Source: Microcystis aeruginosa NIES-2549
Lineage (GTDB): Bacteria; Cyanobacteriota; Cyanobacteriia; Cyanobacteriales; Microcystaceae
Direction of reading: 5' to 3'
DNA length: 32,000 nt
Assembly (NCBI RefSeq): GCF_000981785.2
Contig: NZ_CP011304.1
Coordinates: forward strand, 1,980,001 to 2,012,000
Position numbers and translations under genes: made by a program. Below, piece after piece: positions 6,813 to 15,051 of the stretch (the first letter of the stretch is position 1; every line of letters begins with the position of its first letter). A model generated the notes under the pieces. That model was not told where the DNA came from, made no database searches, and saw only the letters and a list, made by a program, of their open reading frames with translations.

Positions 6813-6823
6813 GGTGAAATCTG

Positions 6824-7336
6824 GTGAGTGAGACTTTGCCCCTAGGGGTGGATTTATGCCTACAGGATAATTATTTTGATCCCGGAAATAGTCCTGTGGA
6901 TGAGCAAACTTGGCACTATTGGTTGGAGACATGGTTAGGCTATCTATCGGATTATCTCCCCGTTGCCGACGGTTATGAACTAAGTTTGCGTTTAACAGAC
7001 GATCGAGAAATTCAGACCTATAATTGCCAATATCGCCACAAAGATCAACCGACGGATGTTCTCGCCTTTGCCGCTCTGGAAGTGGATTTCCCGGTCGATG
7101 AGGGCATTTTAGAGACAGAACCTTTATATTTGGGGGATATTATCATCTCTGTGGAGACAGCACAACAACAGGCTTTAACACAAAATCATTCTTTGGCGCG
7201 AGAATTGGCCTGGTTAACTGCCCACGCTTGTTTACATCTTTTGGGTTGGGACCATCCCGATGAAACAAGTCTGTTAGAAATGCTATCTTTACAGGAAACT
7301 TTGTTAAAAACCGTCGAAATGCCGATACATAGTTAG
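6824..7336 (+). CDS. ybeY: rRNA maturation endoribonuclease YbeY
   Basis: HACLHLLGWDH is the zinc-binding H-x3-H-x5-H motif, and DVLAF and GDIIIS blocks are present. GTG start. Confidence 0.9.
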   Translation: MSETLPLGVDLCLQDNYFDPGNSPVDEQTWHYWLETWLGYLSDYLPVADGYELSLRLTDDREIQTYNCQYRHKDQPTDVLAFAALEVDFPVDEGILETEPLYLGDIIISVETAQQQALTQNHSLARELAWLTAHACLHLLGWDHPDETSLLEMLSLQETLLKTVEMPIHS

Positions 7337-7364
7337 TTGTTTTTGTCAAGCATTATTGAGGAAT

Positions 7365-7853
7365 ATGAAGACAAACTATCATCAAGCCAACCAATCTACC
7401 AGCCTATCTAATCCCTATCTCAACAATAATTTTATCCCTCGATCGGGACAGCTGAGTGAGGGCAACAATCCCAATCAAAGAGAATACGCTTGGCAAGTCG
7501 CCTCGAATCTATTAGTCAGTTTTCGCTACGCTTGGGCCGGAGTCCGTTATGCTTTTGTCAGTCAGAGAAATTTTCGCATTCACACCCTGATTACCCTAGT
7601 AGCGATTAGTTGGGGCTTATTTTTGCGGGTTAATGCCCTAGAAATGGCGATTGTCTCCCTTACCTGCGCTCTGGTGATGGTCTTAGAATTAATTAACACT
7701 GCCCTAGAATCAGTGGTGGATCTGACGGTGGGGCAATCCTACCATGATTTAGCCAAAATAGCGAAAGATTGTGCGGCCGGTGCCGTTTTAATCGCCTCGA
7801 TCGCCGCTTTACTCGTAGCGGCTTTTATTTTTATTCCCCATTTGCTAGGGTAA
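7365..7853 (+). CDS. dgkA: Diacylglycerol kinase (prokaryotic DgkA family)
   Basis: LELINTALESVVDL and AKDCAAGAVLIASI blocks match E. coli DgkA (EILNSAIEAVVD, AKDMGSAAVLIAI). I prefer the ATG at 7365, but the TTG at 7356 is possible. The ybeY-dgkA order is common. Confidence 0.85.
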   Translation: MKTNYHQANQSTSLSNPYLNNNFIPRSGQLSEGNNPNQREYAWQVASNLLVSFRYAWAGVRYAFVSQRNFRIHTLITLVAISWGLFLRVNALEMAIVSLTCALVMVLELINTALESVVDLTVGQSYHDLAKIAKDCAAGAVLIASIAALLVAAFIFIPHLLG

Positions 7854-7902
7854 GCGGGAAGCTTTTTTCAGTGATCAGCTGTACTGAATTTAAACTGCGT
7901 AG

Positions 7903-7960
7903 GGAAAAATTAAGTACAAATGCTCTGACTTCTCCTCCCTGCTGCCAACTCCGGCACTCC
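7903..7960 (+). repeat. Dispersed GTACAAATGCTCT-core element, copy 3
   Basis: gaaaaattaAGTACAAATGCTCTGacttctcctccctgctgcc parallels 4890-4946. Confidence 0.65.
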
Positions 7961-8004
7961 AGTGCAGTCCTAACCAGTAATTTAGATAGGGTTTGCGACA
8001 AAAA

Positions 8005-8077
8005 GTACGGGCGAAGCATTCGGATAGAAAATCTCCGGTTTCACCGATAGGTTATTGCCCGAATGCTTCGCCCCTAC
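8005..8077. repeat. Long palindromic hairpin element
   Basis: GTACGGGCGAAGCATTCGG (8005-8023) pairs with CCGAATGCTTCGCCCCTAC (8059-8077). The core is 15 bp perfect (18 of 19 overall) and the loop is 35 nt. Confidence 0.85.
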
Positions 8078-8219
8078 AGGACGCGGGCCGATGAAGATGC
8101 AAGGTTTTGAACCACGATTCTCTCAAAATCTTGCACCTGTTTCGCAAGAAAAGCCCCAAAACCCTTACCTTGCCTACATTTCACATTTATTCAGCCAACC
8201 CTAGATAGTCAACAGCTTA

Positions 8220-8253
8220 ACTGATCACTGATCACTGATCACTGATAACTGAT
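8220..8253 (+). repeat. Heptanucleotide tandem repeat (ACTGATC)n, STRR-like
   Basis: actgatc actgatc actgatc actgata actgat, read directly from the sequence. Confidence 0.9.
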
Positions 8254-8456
8254 TTGGCATAAGGGGACTCGACAACTTTTAGCCGATAAATTTAACTTTT
8301 CTTAACCTAAGCCTAAACTGGCGAGGGGAGAGGGTTCCGCTATATATTATAAAAAATTGTCATCGTCGATACAGCAAAAAATCTCTTTTGTCCCTCTATA
8401 GGTTAGACTATAGTTAGTGATAAGACTTCTTTTGTAGATCTTGCAGGAAATCTCCC

Positions 8457-8696
8457 ATGAGTGCCATAACTTTCTCCACCGCTCCCACCGCTTACTCTAT
8501 CAGGATGATTAAGGACGAAGTCCGTCAGATGGTAGAACAGGGGGTAGTGAGCAGACACCAACCGATCTACACCCTCTGTCAGTTCATTCCCCCCCGGGAG
8601 TGGGTTTGTGTTGAATGTGAACTAGAACGATGTGACTACCTTCTCAGAGATCAAATTGGTGACTTGATCGCCTCGGAATCTTGGGATAATGATTAA
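8457..8696 (+). CDS. Hypothetical 79-aa protein
   Basis: The ATG-initiated ORF sits in otherwise non-coding DNA and is followed by a hairpin at 8777-8802. I recognised no motif apart from a C-x-x-C...C cluster (WVCVECELERC). Confidence 0.4.
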   Translation: MSAITFSTAPTAYSIRMIKDEVRQMVEQGVVSRHQPIYTLCQFIPPREWVCVECELERCDYLLRDQIGDLIASESWDND

Positions 8697-8776
8697 ACTC
8701 TCCCGGTTGCCGATGGGCAAAAATCGGACTGATCAGAAATTTAGCAGCCTTGTCCACTTCCTTAAACTATTATAAT

Positions 8777-8802
8777 TCAGCCCCGGTTAATTCTGGGGCT
8801 GA
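8777..8802. terminator. Candidate bidirectional terminator hairpin between convergent genes
   Basis: TCAGCCCC (8777-8784) / GGGGCTGA (8795-8802) form an 8-bp stem with a 10-nt loop and A/T-rich flanks. It lies between the 3' ends of 8457-8696 (+) and 8925-10115 (-). There is no clean U-tract. Confidence 0.35.
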
Positions 8803-8924
8803 AACTATGGGGACAGGAGGGGGATAATTGTTGAGAAAAAAGAAGTTTTTGTAAGATTTAGCCAAGTTAGTTCACAAGTTACCCATTGCCAAGGGACGCT
8901 ATCTCTAACATCCCAGAATTTTCC

Positions 8925-10115
8925 CTAACTTAAAATCAGTAGTTGGCGCTGTTGTAAGGAACGCACACCAGTTAATCCTAAAGCAACTTGAGCGTCGATT
9001 TCTCCCACGCTTAAACGACCATCACAAGCTTGTAAAAAAGCAAATTCTCTTTCCGAGAGATTAACCGGCCGATAATCGTAATCTAGAACACTTGCACTAG
9101 GCCAACCGTAAAGACAGGGATGAACTTCGGCCACTGCATTCTCTAGGACTTGATCCCCGGACCAATCGGCAGTCAAAATCGGTGGTTTAGCGAGGAAAAA
9201 TTCATAGTGGGTGATTTCTGGGTCTAATAATTCCGTCAAGCGATAACGTTCCCTTTCCCCTAAATTTTGCGCTCTAGCCATCAATTCGGGTGATTTACCC
9301 AATAAACGCTCTAATTGCCAGTAGGAAGGGTTAGAAAAGCCAATAAAAGCTAATCCTGACGCATCAATCAGGTGAAAGAGGGTATCGATATTATAGTCCA
9401 CTTCCCGGGGGTGAACATACATATCAGCGAAGGACTCATCGCGATGATTTTCCATTGACCAACGCTCTTTTTCCCGTTTCAAAATGCGATTATTTTCCGG
9501 TAGGGAGGCAAAAATCTCTCGGCCGACAGCGACCCCATCTTTATAATCCCCGCGTCGGTCTCCCTGCAAAAGTGCGATCGCAGATTGCATTAACTGGATT
9601 TCCCAGCGTCCCAATTGAGCATAGACGAAAATATGCAGCAGACCACCAGGGGCCAGTTTTTGCGCGAGGGATTGAATACCTTTAATCGGGTCCGGGAGAT
9701 GGTGCAGCACCCCGACGCAGTTAATTAAATCAAATTCTCCGGGGAGATTAGTGGCGGATTCAAGGGGTAAATGGTGAAAATCCAGAGAACCTCGGTGTTT
9801 TGCTGCGACTCCCGAACGATTACAGCGTTCTTTGGCAATTTCTAGAGCTTTTTCACTGATATCTATCGCGACTACATGAGCGAAAGGGTTGAGAGCGAGC
9901 AGATATTCGGTTCCCGCACCAGTACCACAACCTGCATCGAGAATCCGAATATCCTCTCGTTCGGGTTTACGATGACAACAAAAGTTATAGGCAGCAATCC
10001 AATTCCAGCGCCAATTGTAACCCGGAGGAGGTTCATCTAGGAGCGGTTCGGGGGGGAAAGGATAGGTATTGTAGAGACGTTGTACAGCAGTGCGAATAGT
10101 AGCGTCGTCGGACAT
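8925..10115 (-). CDS. Class I SAM-dependent methyltransferase (396 aa, extended C-terminal domain)
   Basis: ILDAGCGTGAGT is SAM-binding motif I, and DLINCVGVLHHL and APGGLLHIFVY match post-I/II motifs. The gene contains a HIP1 site, so it looks native. Confidence 0.8.
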   Translation of the reverse strand: MSDDATIRTAVQRLYNTYPFPPEPLLDEPPPGYNWRWNWIAAYNFCCHRKPEREDIRILDAGCGTGAGTEYLLALNPFAHVVAIDISEKALEIAKERCNRSGVAAKHRGSLDFHHLPLESATNLPGEFDLINCVGVLHHLPDPIKGIQSLAQKLAPGGLLHIFVYAQLGRWEIQLMQSAIALLQGDRRGDYKDGVAVGREIFASLPENNRILKREKERWSMENHRDESFADMYVHPREVDYNIDTLFHLIDASGLAFIGFSNPSYWQLERLLGKSPELMARAQNLGERERYRLTELLDPEITHYEFFLAKPPILTADWSGDQVLENAVAEVHPCLYGWPSASVLDYDYRPVNLSEREFAFLQACDGRLSVGEIDAQVALGLTGVRSLQQRQLLILS

Positions 10116-10401
10116 GAAAATTGGCAGAGTTTAGGATAACACTCGATCGATTGTCTCACAGACGGCAGCGATCGGGAAAGTCAGCCTGGTTTTTTTTGAG
10201 TTAGTCGAGGGTAAATGATAAATAATCATTATGACTATCCGGTTCTGTGCCAAAATTAGATATTATTTCTTTGGTCGATATTTTTTTCTATTCCTTGTCC
10301 TACTGTCTCTTAAGCCTATCTAAGTTTTACTGGCAATTATTCGAGAGTCATTCTCTAACAATTATCTCAAATATAAGCAAATCTTGCCGATACAAAAAAC
10401 C

Positions 10402-11682
10402 ATGAGAATTAAGTCTATAAAGCTTATTAATTATCGAGGTGCAGTCAGTTTAAACATCGACTTTCATCGGCAATTAAACGTATTTATAGGAGTTAATGGG
10501 GCGGGAAAATCAACCATTTTAGACAGTTTGGCTATTATGCTTTCATGGTTAGTTAATCGCCTAAAAAACACTAATGCCAGTGGACAACAGATTAGCGAAA
10601 CCGAGATTAATAATGGTCAGGGGACGGCTATAATTGAAATCACTGGGGTGACGGAAGATAGTCAAGAGATTACTTGGAAAATAGTAAAAACTAGGACTGG
10701 ATATATCCACGCTGGAGAACGGAGTAATTTTAGCCAATTAAATGAATACAGTCAAGAAATACAACGACAAATTACTGAACATCAAGGACAAATTAACTTA
10801 CCTTTATTTGTTTATTATTCTGTTAATCGAGCCGTGGTAGATATACCATTAAAAATTAAAACAAAACATCAATTTGATTCTCTAAGTGCCTACGAAAATG
10901 CTTTAACCAGTGGATCAGATTTTCGCACTTTTTTTGAATGGTTTCGCGAACGTGAAGATTTAGAAAATGAAAATAGAAAATATCAGGATTATCTAATTAA
11001 ACCAGAAGGTTTTTGTTTTCCTGATCCCCAATTGGAAGCGGTTCGGGAAACGATCGAACGTTTTCTACCCGATTTTACTAATCTTAGCGTCCGTCGTAAT
11101 CCTTTGAGAATGGAAGTAACAAAAAAGAATAAAATAGTTACTGTTAATCAACTTTCTGATGGAGAAAAATGTCTGATTGCTATGCTTGGAGATTTAGCTC
11201 GAAGAATGGCGATTGCTAATCCTCAAAATCCTTATCCCTTAACGGGTAATGGTGTTATTATCATTGACGAAATTGATTTACATTTACATCCTCAATGGCA
11301 AAGATTTGTAGTACCTAAATTACTAGAAGTTTTTCCTAACTGTCAATTTTTTATTTCCACCCATTCTCCTAATATTATCACTCATGTTCAACCAGAAAGT
11401 TTACACTTCATGGAACAAACAGAAATGGGAATAAAATTTCATCCCGTGCAAGAGTCCTACGGCAAAAATGTTGATCGAATTTTGGAAGATTTGATGGGAT
11501 TAGAGACAACTCGTCCCAAGGAAATCGCTGAAGCTTTGAAAGATATCTATGAACAAATTTCTCAAAATCAATTAGAGGCAGCTAAAAATAAAATCAATGA
11601 TCTCAGAGCTAAAATTCAAGATGATCCAGAATTAATTAAAGCTGAAGTTATTATTCGACGCAAGGAAATTATCGGAAAATGA
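10402..11682 (+). CDS. ptuA: ABC/SMC-type AAA ATPase, PtuA-like (Septu-type defence ATPase)
   Basis: IKSIKLINYRG...FIGVNGAGKSTILDSL (Walker A), LSDGEKCLIAMLGDLARR (signature-like), VIIIDEIDLHLHPQWQ (Walker B/D-loop) and FISTHSP (H-loop) are present. I prefer the ATG at 10402 over the track TTG at 10384. The stop overlaps the next start (ATGA). Confidence 0.7.
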   Translation: MRIKSIKLINYRGAVSLNIDFHRQLNVFIGVNGAGKSTILDSLAIMLSWLVNRLKNTNASGQQISETEINNGQGTAIIEITGVTEDSQEITWKIVKTRTGYIHAGERSNFSQLNEYSQEIQRQITEHQGQINLPLFVYYSVNRAVVDIPLKIKTKHQFDSLSAYENALTSGSDFRTFFEWFREREDLENENRKYQDYLIKPEGFCFPDPQLEAVRETIERFLPDFTNLSVRRNPLRMEVTKKNKIVTVNQLSDGEKCLIAMLGDLARRMAIANPQNPYPLTGNGVIIIDEIDLHLHPQWQRFVVPKLLEVFPNCQFFISTHSPNIITHVQPESLHFMEQTEMGIKFHPVQESYGKNVDRILEDLMGLETTRPKEIAEALKDIYEQISQNQLEAAKNKINDLRAKIQDDPELIKAEVIIRRKEIIGK

Positions 11683-12311
11683 AGTATATTAGAAAAAGAC
11701 AAGAACCACCAGAGTTTAAGAATTGGAAAGAGCAAGCTAACTCAGATTGGCAGCCCGACTTTAGAAATTTAGCGGGAAAACCAAAAGAAATACTAATTAA
11801 AGCTTTGATGACAGAACAGGGGGAAATATGTTGTTATTGTGAAAATCGATTGATTGATGGTAAATGGCATATAGAACATTTTAAACCTCAAAGTGATCCC
11901 AGTGTTGATCCCCTAGATTATGCCAATTTGCTATGTTCCTGTCAGGCAAATCTTAAGCCTGGTGAACCTCGGCACTGTGGTAATCTAAAAGATAACTGGT
12001 TTGATGAAAATCTCTTAATCTCTCCACTTAATCCCGATTGTGAGTCTCACTTTGCCTTTAACTATGATGGTACAATTAAACCTGCACAAGAAGATGATCA
12101 AAAAGCAATTAATACTATCGAAAAGTTGGGATTAAACCTCAATAAACTCAAGGCACTTCGTAAGGCAGCCATCGATCCTTTTTTGGATGAGGAGATAGAT
12201 AATGCTCAATTAAAAGTTTTTGTCAATGGATATTTATGCTTAGATGATCAACAAAGATACAATCCTTTCTGGACAACAATCAAATATTTGTTCAGTGATT
12301 TAATTGAATAA
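11679..12311 (+). CDS. ptuB: HNH endonuclease of the TIGR02646 / PtuB type
   Basis: CCYCENRL...WHIEHFKPQS is a C-x2-C plus H-x-E-H HNH core, followed by LLCSCQ...HCGNLKDNW. The protein is 210 aa and is translationally coupled to the upstream ATPase. Confidence 0.7.
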   Translation: MKYIRKRQEPPEFKNWKEQANSDWQPDFRNLAGKPKEILIKALMTEQGEICCYCENRLIDGKWHIEHFKPQSDPSVDPLDYANLLCSCQANLKPGEPRHCGNLKDNWFDENLLISPLNPDCESHFAFNYDGTIKPAQEDDQKAINTIEKLGLNLNKLKALRKAAIDPFLDEEIDNAQLKVFVNGYLCLDDQQRYNPFWTTIKYLFSDLIE

Positions 12312-12549
12312 TCTTTCCTTGACAAAAATACAAGAATTATTATAAAAGTTTGGATAAACCAGAAAAACTATAAAGTCTTATGAAGATTATTCAAGAATTA
12401 TCTCAAAAGTCAACAATTGATGAGATTCTGTCCAGATAATTGGGGTGGTAGATCAACCTTATCCGAAACAGAGATTGTTGTCGAGAGTCGGAGAGAAAAG
12501 CAATGAATATCAAGGATACGTTACAGAATGTTGTCCAGTACCTAACAGA
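12109..12549 (+). repeat. Direct repeat copy 1 (3' 200 bp of ptuB plus about 240 bp downstream)
   Basis: It aligns with 14653-15098. The central ~250 bp (about 12178-12430) are identical, and mismatches and a small indel cluster at both ends. Confidence 0.95.
12319..12346 (+). promoter_or_regulatory. Near-consensus sigma70-type promoter (TTGACA-N16-TATAAA), copy 1
   Basis: TTGACA lies at 12319-12324 and TATAAA at 12341-12346, immediately after the ptuB stop. It is duplicated at 14863-14890. Confidence 0.4.
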
Positions 12550-12910
12550 CAGGGTAAGGGTATCTTAAAAATCCTTGACAAAATGAACTTTATGTGAGTT
12601 GCTTACCCAGATGACGATTCAGGCATATTTGAGGAGAATTTGCCATCTCAATTGTTAAACAAAAATCGACCAAATGGGTCCAGTTCGTAACTATTCTGAT
12701 TGACTGGTATCACTTGAAATGCCCACACAATTTGCCAATTGTCAATAGGGTATGATACTAAATCCGTTTTTAATAGTACGATTAACTCCCAAGAATGATA
12801 AGGAGTAGCAAAATAAAAATGGTTTTTCGGTCACTCGATTGATTTCACTTGCAGTTCTATTGATTGCTAATCCTGCTACCAAAAAATTGATCGCCCGCAA
12901 AGGGAAATCG

Positions 12911-14611
12911 TTATTCCAGGGATTCTCGAAGATCACCGCCTCCCGATACGGTTTTCCAACCGATCACCAGAAAAATGATTAAAGCAACTATCGCCATAAA
13001 TAAGCCGATCGGAGTACCGATCAGATCCCGGGCGAATTGTAAACTATAGTTAGTTTTTAGATCGGCATTTCCATCCCAAACTACCGTTTTTTCCGCACCG
13101 AGAAATAACAAGTGAATCCCCCGAGAAAGAACGAACTCTCCCACGATAGTGAAGAGAATTAACTGTTTCAGTCTCACGGGTAACATGGCCAGATATTCGG
13201 TAACGATCAAGAGCAACAGAACCACGATAGGAGTCATACTCTCGCCGATAATTCCCCCTCGATGAAATCCGGGTTGCAGGAAACAACCTCCCAAAAAACC
13301 GCTCGCGAGTACCGATACTAAAAATGATCTGGGAAACAAAGGTTTACCCTTAACTTTTCCGAAAACTCGTTTCCCGAAAACCGTCAGAAGGACGGCGCTC
13401 AGGGTTATCGTTATAGAGCCGGCTAAAACACTAAAATACAAGCGAAACCATGAATTCCACAGCCGATAGCGTAAGATGTAAAACTCGCCCCCCTCTCCGG
13501 GGCCTTTCTGGATTCGATCTTGAACCGCGTCGGAAAGTTCTAGGGGATAAACGGTAGACCACGCATTGTTGAAAGCATCGGAAATTCTAACGCTCGCGGT
13601 CGCCCCCCCCGTCGTTCCCATTGCCGTCTGGAAGATAGAAGCGAGACCGAAGTGAGAGATTCCCCATAAATACCAGGGAAGACACACGGCGATCATGAGG
13701 ATTAATGGAAAAAATAACTGACGGACTACAAGAGCTAAATTTTTACGATTTACCCAGAGATTATCGATGATCGGGGCGATAACATAGAGTATAGCGGAAG
13801 GATGACTGAGAAAAGCTAATCCCCAACTAACTCCACAACCAATCCCAGAAAGCGAATAGACTCTTGTGCGGGGATTGTTTCTCAAGTCGAGATAGAAATA
13901 GATGCCGGTTAAGATATAGACCGTGGCCAATACCTTCGGCCAAGGGTAGGTGATTATATTACTCAAATAGGGACTAAAAGCCACGAGGAAAAAGGCTAAC
14001 GGAATTAACGACGGACGCAGAAAGAGAGGGATTAGGAGGGTCAGGAATACTCCTGGTAAAATTGCGGTAATTTGATAAACCGCAAATGAATTTTCTAAAA
14101 GTGCCAGATAATAACTAGAAAATAGATTAAATAAAGGAGTTCTAGAAGTAACATTATAAGTTCCAAAGTAAACCGTATCGGTTTTCTGAAGTCCCAAAAA
14201 AATTTGAGCGATATCGAAGTGCATCCACCAATCCCCGTAGTAAAATCCCCCACTGTAAAGCACGACGAAGAATTGCATCCCTAGCAGGACGAGCCAGAAC
14301 AAGATCGCTAGGTATAGCCATCTATAGTTTTCTCTTTCTTCCGCTTGCCACAATTGTCGCGTCAGTAACCATAGAGAGATAATAAATAAACCAGCCGTCG
14401 CTAACAGAAAAAAAGTTCTTCCGGAAAAGCCACAAAGAAAATTAACGAAAGCGATCGCCGATTGTAAAGCCATTCCCCAAGCACCAGCAAGGGCCATACA
14501 TTCCTTGACGGTAAAGCGCGAGATCGCTCTCAGGCTAACATAGCCGAGGGTGAAAGTTAGGGTTAGCGAGATCGCCCCGAAAAAAAACAACTGTAAAAAG
14601 CTTATATTCAC
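12911..14611 (-). CDS. Large polytopic membrane protein (566 aa, at least 12 predicted TM segments); possibly a GT-C-fold (ArnT/PMT-like) glycosyltransferase
   Basis: GTG start. The sequence is hydrophobic almost throughout, with short loops, and an aromatic/acidic loop YYGDWWMHFDIAQ follows the early TM segments. The functional assignment is only a guess from overall architecture. Confidence 0.6.
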   Translation of the reverse strand: MNISFLQLFFFGAISLTLTFTLGYVSLRAISRFTVKECMALAGAWGMALQSAIAFVNFLCGFSGRTFFLLATAGLFIISLWLLTRQLWQAEERENYRWLYLAILFWLVLLGMQFFVVLYSGGFYYGDWWMHFDIAQIFLGLQKTDTVYFGTYNVTSRTPLFNLFSSYYLALLENSFAVYQITAILPGVFLTLLIPLFLRPSLIPLAFFLVAFSPYLSNIITYPWPKVLATVYILTGIYFYLDLRNNPRTRVYSLSGIGCGVSWGLAFLSHPSAILYVIAPIIDNLWVNRKNLALVVRQLFFPLILMIAVCLPWYLWGISHFGLASIFQTAMGTTGGATASVRISDAFNNAWSTVYPLELSDAVQDRIQKGPGEGGEFYILRYRLWNSWFRLYFSVLAGSITITLSAVLLTVFGKRVFGKVKGKPLFPRSFLVSVLASGFLGGCFLQPGFHRGGIIGESMTPIVVLLLLIVTEYLAMLPVRLKQLILFTIVGEFVLSRGIHLLFLGAEKTVVWDGNADLKTNYSLQFARDLIGTPIGLFMAIVALIIFLVIGWKTVSGGGDLRESLE

Positions 14612-14654
14612 GATTAACTATTTACCTGAATCTATTTTAGTGACCCCATCTTTT

Positions 14655-14855
14655 AATACTATCGAAAAGTTGGGATTAAACCTCAACAAAATTAAAGAAC
14701 TTCGTCACAAAGCCATCGAGCTTTTTTTGGATGAGGAGATAGATAATGCTCAATTAAAAGTTTTTGTCAATGGATATTTATGCTTAGATGATCAACAAAG
14801 ATACAATCCTTTCTGGACAACAATCAAATATTTGTTCAGTGATTTAATTGAATAA
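14655..14855 (+). pseudogene. 3' remnant of a second, slightly divergent ptuB allele
   Basis: It encodes NTIEKLGLNLNKIKELRHKAIELFLDEEIDNAQLKVFVNGYLCLDDQQRYNPFWTTIKYLFSDLIE, matching the last 66 residues of PtuB. The first part has several substitutions and the last 46 residues are identical. There is no HNH core and no upstream ATPase. Confidence 0.85.
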
Positions 14856-14862
14856 TCTTTCC

Positions 14863-14890
14863 TTGACAAAAATACAAGAATTATTATAAA
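14863..14890 (+). promoter_or_regulatory. Near-consensus sigma70-type promoter (TTGACA-N16-TATAAA), copy 2
   Basis: TTGACA lies at 14863-14868 and TATAAA at 14885-14890. Confidence 0.4.
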
Positions 14891-15051
14891 AGTTTGGATA
14901 AACCAGAAAAACTATAAAGTCTTATGAAGATTATTCAAGAATTATCTCAAAAGTCAACAATTGATGAGATTCTGGCCAGATAATTGGGATGGAGGGGTGA
15001 ATCAACCTGATCCGAAAAAGAGATTGTTGTCGAGAGTCGGAGAGAAAAGCA

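Noticed and set aside
7769-8050. ORFs 7769-8050 (+) and 7831-8019 (-) downstream of dgkA.
   Set aside because: They run through the dgkA 3' end and the repeat-laden intergenic region (dispersed element and palindrome). They have no start context or motifs.
8220-8253. A possible CRISPR array or other spaced repeat.
   Set aside because: The repeats are contiguous 7-nt units without spacers. No 25-40-nt repeat/spacer periodicity was seen anywhere in the window.
10116-10383. A possible retron (msr/msd + RT) upstream of the PtuA/PtuB-like pair, as in Ec78-type retrons.
   Set aside because: There is no reverse-transcriptase ORF anywhere nearby, and the 268-bp AT-rich spacer shows no convincing long inverted repeats. 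The only candidate is a short AATGAT...ATCATT palindrome near 10216-10232. A covariance-model scan would be needed to exclude a retron fully.
14550-14855. The 101-aa ORF looks like an independent small gene.
   Set aside because: Its C-terminal 66 residues are a duplicated relic of the ptuB 3' end. Its N-terminal part is antisense read-through of the start of the membrane-protein gene. It has no HNH core.
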